Positions 14,614 to 25,699 of a DNA stretch of 64,000 nt are shown in pieces. The notes below the pieces were generated by a model. The model saw nothing but the letters and a program-made list of their open reading frames with translations, did not search any database and was not told the origin of the DNA. Each line of letters starts with the position of its first letter. The stretch's first letter is position 1. Source of the stretch: Octopus bimaculoides (Eukaryota); the NCBI RefSeq assembly GCF_001194135.2, contig NC_068987.1, forward strand, positions 1,081,351 to 1,145,350, read 5' to 3'. A program made the position numbers and the translations under genes.

Positions 14614-15250
14614 TTAAATTTGCTTCACCCATTTATATTGGTCATCATACATACACCATTTAATTCTATTTAAGATCCATCGATGGATTCTCTCTGTGGT
14701 TGTTCGAATTGCTAGGTACAACAACCAAATATCTACATTATTGTTGCTGTTTATGAAAGCAACTGTCCTATTCGGCTGATGATCATAATACATTGAGTTC
14801 ACTTCGTGGTCTAGGCAGCGCATTGTGTCCTCAGCAGCAGTCTACTTAGCTGCAAATGCCAACCAGCCTAGTGCGGGTGGCACTTTCTTCCCCTCCAACT
14901 GTCACACCCTTGATGTTCCGCTGGGTCAAGAGTAGGGAAATGACAGGGTGTTTATGTCTGTTGGCAGTTACATAGGCACCTACAAGATTCAGTGAGAGCA
15001 TGGTACATACACACTTACGACAGACAGTTTAGCTTTTTCGAAGCTTCGTTGATTAGCTGAAGATCAAAATTGATAAAACAAACATATGATTCATGCTGTT
15101 TCAACAATGAACGTCCCGTCATATTGTCTCTTGGCATTACGTTCTGCTTGAATCTGGGCTGTGATATGAGGGAGATAGACTGTGCTCTTTGTAGGATGCG
15201 ACCACGTGTAGCATCTCTAGTGTTGACTCCGCTTGTCTCGTGTTTCCTCG
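14614..15250 (-). mobile_element. Decayed RTE-like reverse-transcriptase fragment interrupted by a SINE (about 14790-14990)
   Basis: SQPRFKQNVMPRDNMTGRSLLKQHESYVCFINF resembles QAGFRKGRxTRD..EK..YxCFIDY. After the SINE, VDIW..ILNRIKWCMYDDQYKWVK resembles VxHxKLW..LIxxLYxxQxAxVR. Confidence 0.45.
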
Positions 15251-15603
15251 CTATAAAGTCATATACATACATATATTCATTCAGTATTATCTGAGTGATA
15301 GAAATGCAATCATAGCCGCTCGCCTGATGATATATATATGCAAGCCCATACCCAGATTTACACAAACAAGCACATAAGTCAACACTGACAAACATACACG
15401 GAGGAAACTGTTGGTGTACAGCGTTGATACGTTTGAGTTCTGAGTTCGAATTTGATCAGAATCGGTTTGATATTCCGATTAATTTCACATAATTAACGTC
15501 ATTTATGAACTTTAAAGATATTTGTTGATATTGTGTACAGCCAACATGTTATACTACAATTTATTCACAGAGTCACCAAACACACACACGTGTATATACA
15601 GAA

Positions 15604-15678
<75 letters not shown>

Positions 15679-15797
15679 NNNNNNNNNNNNNNNNNNNNNN
15701 NNNNNNNNNNNNNNNNNNNNNNNNNNNNNNNNNNNNNNNNNNNNNNNNNNNNNNNNNNNNNNNNNNNNNNNNNNNNNNNNNNNNNNNNNNNNNNNNN

Positions 15798-15854
<57 letters not shown>

Positions 15855-16769
15855 ATATAAAAGAAAAATACGTAAGTTAGAAATATGTATTAAGCCGCAA
15901 GGGAAAGAAATGGTTGTGTGTGAATGTGTGTGCGTTTGTGTATGTGTGTGTGCGTGCGTGCATGTGTGTTGCGTGTGTGTTGCGTGTGCGTGTGTGTGTG
16001 CGCGTTTGTGTGTGCTTGCGTGTGTATTCGCATGCGTGTCGTCAAAGCACTTCCTAATACGCAATAATCATTTGCCCGGATTTGTAAAATTAATCAAAAA
16101 CCACAAAAACAAAAGCATATTTCTGTGTCTTTCTTGCAATTATCCGTGAAGTATTCATTAGAGGCGGTACAGCCACCTTAAATACATTTAAATATAGATT
16201 AAGCGATCAATTAATTAATAAGAACATATGATATTTATTTATTGATTTCAATCGAAATTTCATGAGAAGCAGCAATGTTCCAAGAACGAGGTCAAAATGT
16301 AATATTCCTGCGGATTCTTCTGTCAGTCTCTTTGCAATGAATATTTTGCTACGTTCTTAAGATGTCATCATATTTCCAAAATGACGGCTGATTCTAGAAA
16401 TATTCTGCAGAGGTTTCCTTGAACCTTCCTCTTGGTGCAAAATCCGAAATGCCGAATGTTTTGCGACGCATTTTTATCGCAGACCGCTATTTCGTTCGTA
16501 CTCTTCTTTTATTTCCTCTTTTCGAGTGAGGTTGAGTATAATGTTTTTAATATGATCAAAAGTATTCCTTATGACTATCCTTCGGCATACACCTTCCCAT
16601 TTGATAAACGCTAGCATACACTTGAAGGATGCATTGACTGCTATTTCTAGCACATGAAAGCTTTGTCATTGGTTCCTGATGAGGTTGTTGCTGCTGTTGT
16701 TGTCGCTAATGTTGTTGTTTATGTCACTCCCAGGTCAGCCAAAAAGATGAACAATAAACGCACACACAA

Positions 16770-16920
16770 AAAAAAAAAAAACATTAATGCGAGGACGTGG
16801 TACATGTAAAGTATTAGCAGACGCTTGGGGAAGGAAAGTTGGTTTAACGTTTCGTGCAACGCTTTTCTTCAGAAACAGAGGAAAGTCCAATAGAAAAGAA
16901 GACGAAGGAAAAAAATCGCC
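16770..16920 (-). mobile_element. Short Penelope-like repeat (family H2), degenerate copy
   Basis: Similar to 30247-30370 (shared GAAACGTTAAA, ACTTT..TTCCC(C/G)AGCGT..CTAATAC) and carries a hammerhead-like core. Confidence 0.55.
16842..16876 (-). ncRNA. Minimal type-I hammerhead-ribozyme-like motif (intact core, decayed helix II)
   Basis: Minus strand GUUU-CUGAAGA-A-AAGC-GUU-GCAC-GAAA-CGUU-AAAC: helix I GUUU/AAAC, consensus CUGANGA and GAAA, palindromic ACGU, GUU cleavage triplet. Confidence 0.5.
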
Positions 16921-19008
16921 AACGATTCACATGTGGTTACATTACGTTAGGATCACCCTGCACTATAACCTTTAATCCATCTGTCGACGGTACTAAAATA
17001 TGTACAAGTAACTCACTGGGAATAGTCTCAACTGGTCTCTATAAAATAGATACCAGTCATATTAACAGAGTCATTTGATTCAACTAAACAAGTCATTTGT
17101 AATTCTGTGACATTCAGCTAATGCTGGAGATGGTTAGTTCTGTTTTTCTTCCATTTAATATCGAATGATATCGTAATATTTTGTCAGTGTGGTAACAAGG
17201 TTACGTGCTATCATTGTTATCTATTACGGAGTGGATATAGAAGAAACGTAATTGAGCGCTAACTAAAGCCTATGACCGAAGGAATATCACTGATTGCATG
17301 AAGTACACTGACCACTGGTCAACGGGGCGCTTACAGATACGTAATTTACTTAAGATAATGTCAGAATTCTAACAAGACACTGTCTCGAAGCCATTCAGAT
17401 ATGTGCGTGTGTATGTGAATATAATTCACAGTAAGGTAACGTACGCGGGCGTGTGTGTGTGTTTGTGCTTGTAGATTTGAGACTGTATACATTGTGTTTC
17501 TGTGAGTCTATCTGTTTGTGTAGAAATTTTCTGTTATTGTCAAAGTTGTCCCAGAATCAAATTTTCAAATTATATAAGTGACTGACACGAATGGCCGAAG
17601 AGTTAACAAAATTGCCTTGCAAACATGAGATCACGCCTTCGATTTCACATCACGACAATAGACTTTAACAGTAGCTTCGGCGCAACCCAAAGTTTGTGGG
17701 TGAAATTCAGTTGGTGGTGGCGGTGGTGGGTAACAATATTTAATAGACTCAGATTTCTCACCCACACTCTCTGTCTGTGTGTCGCAATGGCTCTTCCCAT
17801 AAATTAGTGTTAAAAAACACGTGTCTATTTATGTCTTAATGAGTAAACACTTCAGGTGAGAGAATCACGGGGATACAAATCGTAGACATCGACGAAGATC
17901 CTTCACTTATATTGGCAGACTACACACGGCCCTCTTCTCTCTCCCCACTCACGCCTTCTCTCTCTCTCATGTGTATCTCTCTCTCATGTGTATCTCTCTC
18001 TCTCTTTATATATATATATATATATATATANNNNNNNNNNNNNNNNNNNNNNNNNNNNNNNNNNNNNNNNNNNNNNNNNNNNNNNNNNNNNNNNNNNNNN
18101 NNNNNNNNNNNNNNNNNNNNNNNNNNNNNNNNNNNNNNNNNNNNNNNNNNNNNNATGTTTTGTGTGTGTGTATGTGTGTGTATGTATGCGTGCGTGCGTG
18201 TGTTAAAAAAATAAGGTTAAAATTTCATTTCCAGACCCGAGTTTCAGTTTTTAAGAAATTCAGAATCTACATATTCTTTACTAAATCTATTGAGCACTGC
18301 TTTCTCTTTTCCTCGACATTAAGCAACGTATGTATGTATGTATGTGTGTATGTATGTATGTATGTATGTATGTATAAAGCAAGATATTTCTGTTTGCGCT
18401 GATAGGAGATATTTTCTGACATAAACCTGTGTATATACCTTACGTTATGACGTCCGCAGCGAGATATGAACAGCTAAATTCGCTGCTGACTACCCCCTAC
18501 CCTATCCAACTGCCCAATTCAGATCCCATAAATACGTATACACACACACACACACACACACACAAATGAGGTGCCGTGTATACACACACACTAATATATC
18601 TTATATGTGTGTATGTATGTATTTATGTGTGCATGAATCAATGTTGTATGTGCGTAAGTCGTAGTGTTCTGGGTGACTATGTATTACTGCTGACAGTTCC
18701 GAAGACGAACACATCATATTTTATCACATAACCAACTCCATGTTTTATTAAAAATTCTATTCACAATTGCAGTGTTCTTCAGTTGTTCATGAAATAAATA
18801 TTAAAAACTTATCAACGAAACAAAAGACGACAACAACAATAACAATAACAACCACAACAACAATACCACTAACAATAGCAACAATCACAACAACAACAAG
18901 AACGACAACGCGTCAAATACAAAACGTTAGCGAAAACAAGAAAGACTGATGTAACATTTTCTTAAATTTTCCTTTCTTATGAATCTTCGAAAGATATATG
19001 GCCGTAAT

Positions 19009-19065
<57 letters not shown>

Positions 19066-19711
19066 NNNNNNNNNNNNNNNNNNNNNNNNNNNNNNNNNNN
19101 NNNNNNNNNNNNNNNNNNNNNNNNNNNNNNNNNNNNNNNNNNNNNNNNNNNNNNNNNNNNNNNNNNNNNNNNNNNNNNNNNNNNNNNNNNNNNNNNNNNN
19201 NNNNNNNNNNNNNNNNNNNNNNNNNNNNNNNNNNNNNNNNNNNNNNNNNNNNNNNNNNNNNNNNNNNNNNNNNNNNNNNNNNNNNNNNNNNNNNNNNNNN
19301 NNNNNNNNNNNNNNNNNNNNNNNNNNNNNNNNNNNNNNNNNNNNNNNNNNNNNNNNNNNNNNNNNNNNNNNNNNNNNNNNNNNNNNNNNNNNNNNNNNNN
19401 NNNNNNNNNNNNNNNNNNNNNNNNNNNNNNNNNNNNNNNNNNNNNNNNNNNNNNNNNNNNNNNNNNNNNNNNNNNNNNNNNNNNNNNNNNNNNNNNNNNN
19501 NNNNNNNNNNNNNNNNNNNNNNNNNNNNNNNNNNNNNNNNNNNNNNNNNNNNNNNNNNNNNNNNNNNNNNNNNNNNNNNNNNNNNNNNNNNNNNNNNNNN
19601 NNNNNNNNNNNNNNNNNNNNNNNNNNNNNNNNNNNNNNNNNNNNNNNNNNNNNNNNNNNNNNNNNNNNNNNNNNNNNNNNNNNNNNNNNNNNNNNNNNNN
19701 NNNNNNNNNNN

Positions 19712-19758
<47 letters not shown>

Positions 19759-19929
19759 GTATGCATGCATATATGTATGTGTATGCAGTTCTATGTGCGT
19801 ATATGTGAGAGGATGTGTGTATTTTCAGTTGTTAAACAGTTCTGAATTAACTTCTAAGCTATTTTCGGAGATTGTTACACATGCGAAGTAAGTAATAATA
19901 ATAGTATTAATAATAATAACTATAATGAT

Positions 19930-19930
19930 G

Positions 19931-20017
<87 letters not shown>
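19930..20017. repeat. (TAA)n microsatellite
   Basis: Pure trinucleotide run. One of more than 100 simple repeats; others include (CA)n 9103-9215, (CT)n 23586-23690, (TAA)n 24485-24560, (CAT)n 24984-25165 and (CA)n 42710-42788. Confidence 0.98.
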
Positions 20018-20020
<3 letters not shown>

Positions 20021-20138
20021 TCAAAAATATTATTAAATATTTCTTTATATTTTGATATTTTGTACTATATATTAAACCATTTTCCGTTTGTACATATATA
20101 TTTATGTGTGTATATGCTTGTGCGTGTGTGTATATGCT

Positions 20139-20174
<36 letters not shown>

Positions 20175-20595
20175 TGTCTGTGTGTCTGTGTGTGTCTGTG
20201 TGTATGTGTGCATGTGTGTGCTCGCGCGTTTGTGTCTGTGTGTGATATTTCCGCCATATTTTGCTGGTTTCATTGTAAAAGACTTCCAGATTTTACCTGG
20301 AAAGTAATCTTAGTAAAGGCGAACAAAAAAAGAAAAAGAAAAAAGAAAAAACAAATGAAAATAATATTAATATAAATCAACCTAAAATTCATTTCGGAAT
20401 GGAAACAAGGAAGCATTTCAGTAAATTATTAGTAACGTAGATGCTATACACACGCACATACTTAAATATAGACACATGCATATACATACACATACATACA
20501 TCCGCATACATCCACATATGCATGCATCTGCCCGTGCACACACAAATTCGTACATGGATCGATGTGTGATTGCATGCATCTATGTATGAATATAT

Positions 20596-20644
<49 letters not shown>

Positions 20645-21544
20645 CATATATATAATATAAATACATGTAGGTATATATATACACACGCATACACATCTAT
20701 GTATGTATGTATATATATATACATAAATACATATATATATATATATGTATATATATACTCACACATACACACATATACATATGCGTTTTGTGAGTGAAGG
20801 TGCGTATTGATGTATGAGTTTGAACGTTTAAATATAGATATACATAATTTAAAAGAAACACACACACGTTTCCATACATAATGCATGGATATAAATAACA
20901 ACCTCAGCGACAACAACAGCAACAACGATAGCAACACGCACAACAGTTTATTTCTTGAGGGTAAAATCGGGTGAATTATGGCGGTACATGTGTGGTTGTG
21001 TGTGTGTGTATGTGTTTGTATGTATGCATGTGTGTGTATATGTATTTGTGTTTGATTGTGTGTGTGTGTGTGTGTGTGTGTGTTTATTGAGAGTACGTGT
21101 TGTTTTCTGTGTTGCGTACCAACATCTGTACTCTTGTGCAAATGTAGCCTCTCATATTCTGATAGTTTCCTCTTACACCAAAATACGTCTGTAATATACT
21201 TTGGAACAATGTTGTGTACTTTCAATTTTATTTACTTTATTAAATATTTTAATGTCTATATTAAATGTTTTTAATTATCGATGAACAATATTTTACTTTA
21301 TGTCATATTAAATGTATCTCTCTCTTTTGTCTTTCTGTTTGTCCGTCTATTTCCTAAATCTCTTTTTGTGCATGTAATATTTATATGTGTATATATACTA
21401 TATATATATCTATATTGGATTGCATTGCATTGTCATTGCCTATGGTCAGACCACTGCAGAAGGAGGGTGTCAACATGTCTTCTCCACCAATCGCGGGTTC
21501 GGTGTGCAGGCTGTGATTCTAGGCAGTGATCTGAATAATAATAA

Positions 21545-21685
21545 TATTGATAATAACATGAGAACCCAGGTTCGAAATTTCCCCCAAGACACCTGATGAA
21601 AGCTGGAGAGTATATCAGCCGAAAAGTTGTGTTAACAACAAACAAGATGAGGACAAATATCTGTCAAATGTAAATAATGTAAAGA
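21545..21685 (+). mobile_element. Short Penelope-like terminal-repeat-derived element (family H1)
   Basis: About 140-nt segment following a (TAA)n run and centred on CCTGATGAA..CCGAAA.GTT, the signature of Penelope-like element termini. Confidence 0.55.
21586..21633 (+). ncRNA. Minimal type-I hammerhead-ribozyme-like motif
   Basis: GACAC-CUGAUGA-A-AGCUG(GAGAGUAUAU)CAGCC-GAAA-AGUU-GUGUU: helix I GACAC/GUGUU, helix II GCUG/CAGC, perfect CUGAUGA and GAAA. The helix III position has A where the palindrome needs C. Confidence 0.6.
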
Positions 21686-22440
21686 TGAAAACAGTTATGC
21701 AGTGGGTAATTTGCATAATGTAAACAAAAATGAAATGATAAGTATCTAGCAATGGTGACCACTGACATGTATCTAAAATGACCTAGACCCAGACAAATAT
21801 AGGTATGTCAAATAGCATACAACATAAATTCCTCATCTCTATGTATGCTTATANNNNNNNNNNNNNNNNNNNNNNNNNNNNNNNNNNNNNNNNNNNNNNN
21901 NNNNNNNNNNNNNNNNNNNNNNNNNNNNNNNNNNNNNNNNNNNNNNNNNNNNNNNNNNNNNNNNNNNNNNNNNNNNNNNNNNNNNNNNNNNNNNNNNNNN
22001 NNNNNNNNNNNNNNNNNNNNNNNNNNNNNNNNNNNNNNNNNNNNNNNNNNNNNNNNNNNNNNNNNNNNNNNNNNNNNNNNNNNNNNNNNNNNNNNNNNNN
22101 NNNNNNNNNNNNNNNNNNNNNNNNNNNNNNNNNNNNNNNNNNNNNNNNNNNNNNNNNNNNNNNNNNNNNNNNNNNNNNNNNNNNNNNNNNNNNNNNNNNN
22201 NNNNNNNNNNNNNNNNNNNNNNNNNNNNNNNNNNNNNNNNNNNNNNNNNNNNNNNNNNNNNNNNNNNNNNNNNNNNNNNNNNNNNNNNNNNNNNNNNNNN
22301 NNNNNNNNNNNNNNNNNNNNNNNNNNNNNNNNNNNNNNNNNNNNNNNNNNNNNNNNNNNNNNNNNNNNNNNNNNNNNNNNNNNNNNNNNNNNNNNNNNNN
22401 NNNNNNNNNNNNNNNNNNNNNNNNNNNNNNNNNNNNNNNN

Positions 22441-22484
<44 letters not shown>

Positions 22485-23611
22485 ACACACACAGACGCAC
22501 ACATAAATCGGTCTACCCACCTCCGTTCTACTTTCCTTACCTTCTAAAATATTCTCTTCTGCACTCAACCTTTAACAACACTTCGAGATTCCAATCAACT
22601 TTTATTTCTGATTCTTTTAATTTTCCACTCTACCGTGTAAATCATTTGTCCAGAATTAATGTATGTATCGATTGTATCGATTATTTGAAACGGACCACTT
22701 TCATATTGCTTCATATGGGGCAAGTTTACACATACTGAATGTGACAGTTTTGTAACGAATCGGGAATGCAATATTTTGCACCGCCTATACTGATATGTCG
22801 AAATTTTACATTGAATTGGGACAATATATGTTGTATATACCAACACTAACGAACAGACCCAGTCTCTGACCCACAAACGAGTTCTCTCCTGTCTTTTCAT
22901 TTCCTAACGCTATTAAAATGGCCTCTTCTCTTGGCATCGGACTGGACGCCGGTCACTTGCTTTCATCTTCTCTCTTTCTCTCATCTTTTTATTCTTTAAC
23001 TCCGTAAACTCAGCAGCAACCCCTGCGTCCAGTCTGACCTTCCCAGAACCTCACCCTTCTGGAATCTCTCCACTTCGCTATCTTACCTTATTCAAGTGTT
23101 CTCTTGCAATTATTCACGAGAAACACTTGCGGGATCAACCTGGAGGGTCACGGAGATCCATGTAGTGAGTGTTACCCTTTTCTACTGATAAAACTCAGAT
23201 AACTAAAGAATCATATTCCAATCGGTGAGTGGAAAAAACTCAAAGAAATCTCATAATTTTGCTAAGGTGAAATGGTTAGAGGAAAAAAGTCATTTTTCAT
23301 TAGAAAACCCATCAATGTTAGATAAATTAATTAGACAAATAATGTTTTAAGTCTTTAATTAAGTGACAATATATATCTTGTACATAATGACAATATAATT
23401 TATAATGATATATGACGCATGTGATAACATGTTTTATTTTTGACATGATTCAAAATAACGAAAAAAAAAATAAAGACATTAAACCAGTCATTCATTCGAA
23501 GATCAGTGTTGCTCATCATACGATGAATGGCTTTGGAAATATAATTTTGCTACAATTATAATATACTAAACCAAACAAATTTGTCAACTACATTGTCATT
23601 TACTCTATCTA

Positions 23612-23680
<69 letters not shown>

Positions 23681-23706
23681 CTCTCTCGCTCTAATTTCAC
23701 CGTAAA

Positions 23707-23985
23707 GGCGTTACTGTGTGGTAGGAAGTTTGCTTCCCAACCACATGGTTTCAGGTTCAGATCCATTGCGTGATACTTTGCTGGGCAAATGCTGTCTGCT
23801 ATGGCTACGGGCAGGCGGAAGCCTTGGTAGACGGAAACTGGAGGAATACGGCCGTTTATGTGTGTGTGTGTGTGTGCATTGTGGTTGTTCACATCCTCCT
23901 CTTGAAAATGGTTGTTGGTCTGTGTACGTCCCCATGACTTAGAGGTTCGATATGAAACCGATAAAATTAATACCGGTCTTTTAAA
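23707..23985 (+). mobile_element. CORE-type SINE family B, near full length, diverged
   Basis: Head GGCGTTACTGTGTGGTAGGAAGTTTGCTTCCCAACCACATGG, TGGGCAAATG core, GGTAGACGGAAACTG, internal (TG)n and 3' body. Confidence 0.75.
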
Positions 23986-24481
23986 AGTCATTCTTAAAAC
24001 CTTCACTTGTGTTATTCTCATTCTCGTTTCTGCTGTATGTGATGCAATTATTCATCGAGAAAGTAATGTCGTTAGATGAGATCTGACTTGAAGACTACAA
24101 TGGTGACTCCATATCCCAGGTTTGGAAAGATATCTAGACCAGCGCATGTGTGCGTGTATGTGTTTGCATGTGTATATATGCCTGTGTGTTTGTGTGTGTG
24201 TTTAGGTGTGTTTGTGTGCGTCTCCATTTGTGTGTGTGTACTGTAAGACTTTTCGGTGACTTCTTGCAGGATTCTCCTTTTAGCCAATTTTAAAAATGTC
24301 TATCTCGACCGTATCTGGTTGCAATCTTCCAACCCAGATTTCTGCAACAAGGTTCACGTCGTGACCTTCATCACTTAATTTATAGTATTTAACATTAAAA
24401 AATGACAATTTTATCACCTACAACTATCCGTCTTGTCTTACGTCTCTGTCGATAACCTTAAAGATCTTGTGACAAAAACTA

Positions 24482-24564
<83 letters not shown>

Positions 24565-25650
24565 TCTATTTATCATTTCAGTTATGTTAAAGTGATTATT
24601 GTTGTTGCTAACCCTTACCCCGTTCCGTCGGTGCAGGCACTTAAGGGATTTCTAGTCTATGTGTAGGGTTATCTATCACAATATCATATGATACGGTCTT
24701 CGTTTTCGATAGTACAGGATATCAGTTTTAACTGCTGGTTTTATAAATCGCCACCACACCCACCGCCGTCACCACGGTCACCCACCACCCACCGTCGTCG
24801 TTGTCGTGGTCGGTAATAAGGCTTGAATCGAACCCTTTTGTGTGAAGAAGTTAAAAGATGGAAAGAAAAATATTTTTTTTAAATGGCATAATCCTACAAA
24901 TCCCTAAAAGGACAGGTTGCTCACGGTTGGAATGGCTTTACACATAATTTTACTGGATCAGAGCAAAACAACAAGATTATCATTATCATCATCATTGTCA
25001 TCATCATCATCATTATCATCACACGTATCATCATCATCACCATCGCAACTGCCATCGTCGTCACCATGATCATCATCTTTATGCTCATCATCACAAACAG
25101 TAGCAGCAACATCATCATCATCATCATCATCGTCATCATCATCGTCATCATCGTCATCATCATCACGAGCAGCAGCAGCAGTAGCGATAGCTGCAGCATA
25201 ATTAAGACATATTAATGTTTCAAGGAAGAAACGATGAAAAATATTAAAAATAACTGAAAATTATTTCCTAAATTAGTTGAAAAAAAAAAAAAAAAAGAAT
25301 GAGTGTTGAACTTTGGTGTTCAAATTACTAAAGTGGCTAATTGTCTCTCCAGCAGTGACACATTAGAAAAGAGAGAGAGAGAGGGAGGAGAGAGAGAGGG
25401 GAAGAGAGAGGGGGAGAGAGAAAGGAGAGGGAGGGAGAATAATGGTGACAGAATAGGGATAGGGGGTATCTGAGGGAGAGTATGTACAGGCGTGTATGTG
25501 TTTTATATGAGTCATGTACATACAAGTATATGTGACAGACAGACAGATAGATAGTAATACAAGTGTTTGAGTGAGAGATTATGAGAGCGAGATACGTAAA
25601 GAAGAAGAAAAGTGAGACAGAGAGATTGAAGAAGTGATGAAAGAAATGTG

Positions 25651-25699
<49 letters not shown>

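Noticed and set aside
21430-21529. CIVIAYGQTTAEGG resembles the kinesin P-loop lead-in FAYGQTGSGKT
   Set aside because: The GKT is absent, no other kinesin motifs or splice context are present, and the frame emerges from a microsatellite.
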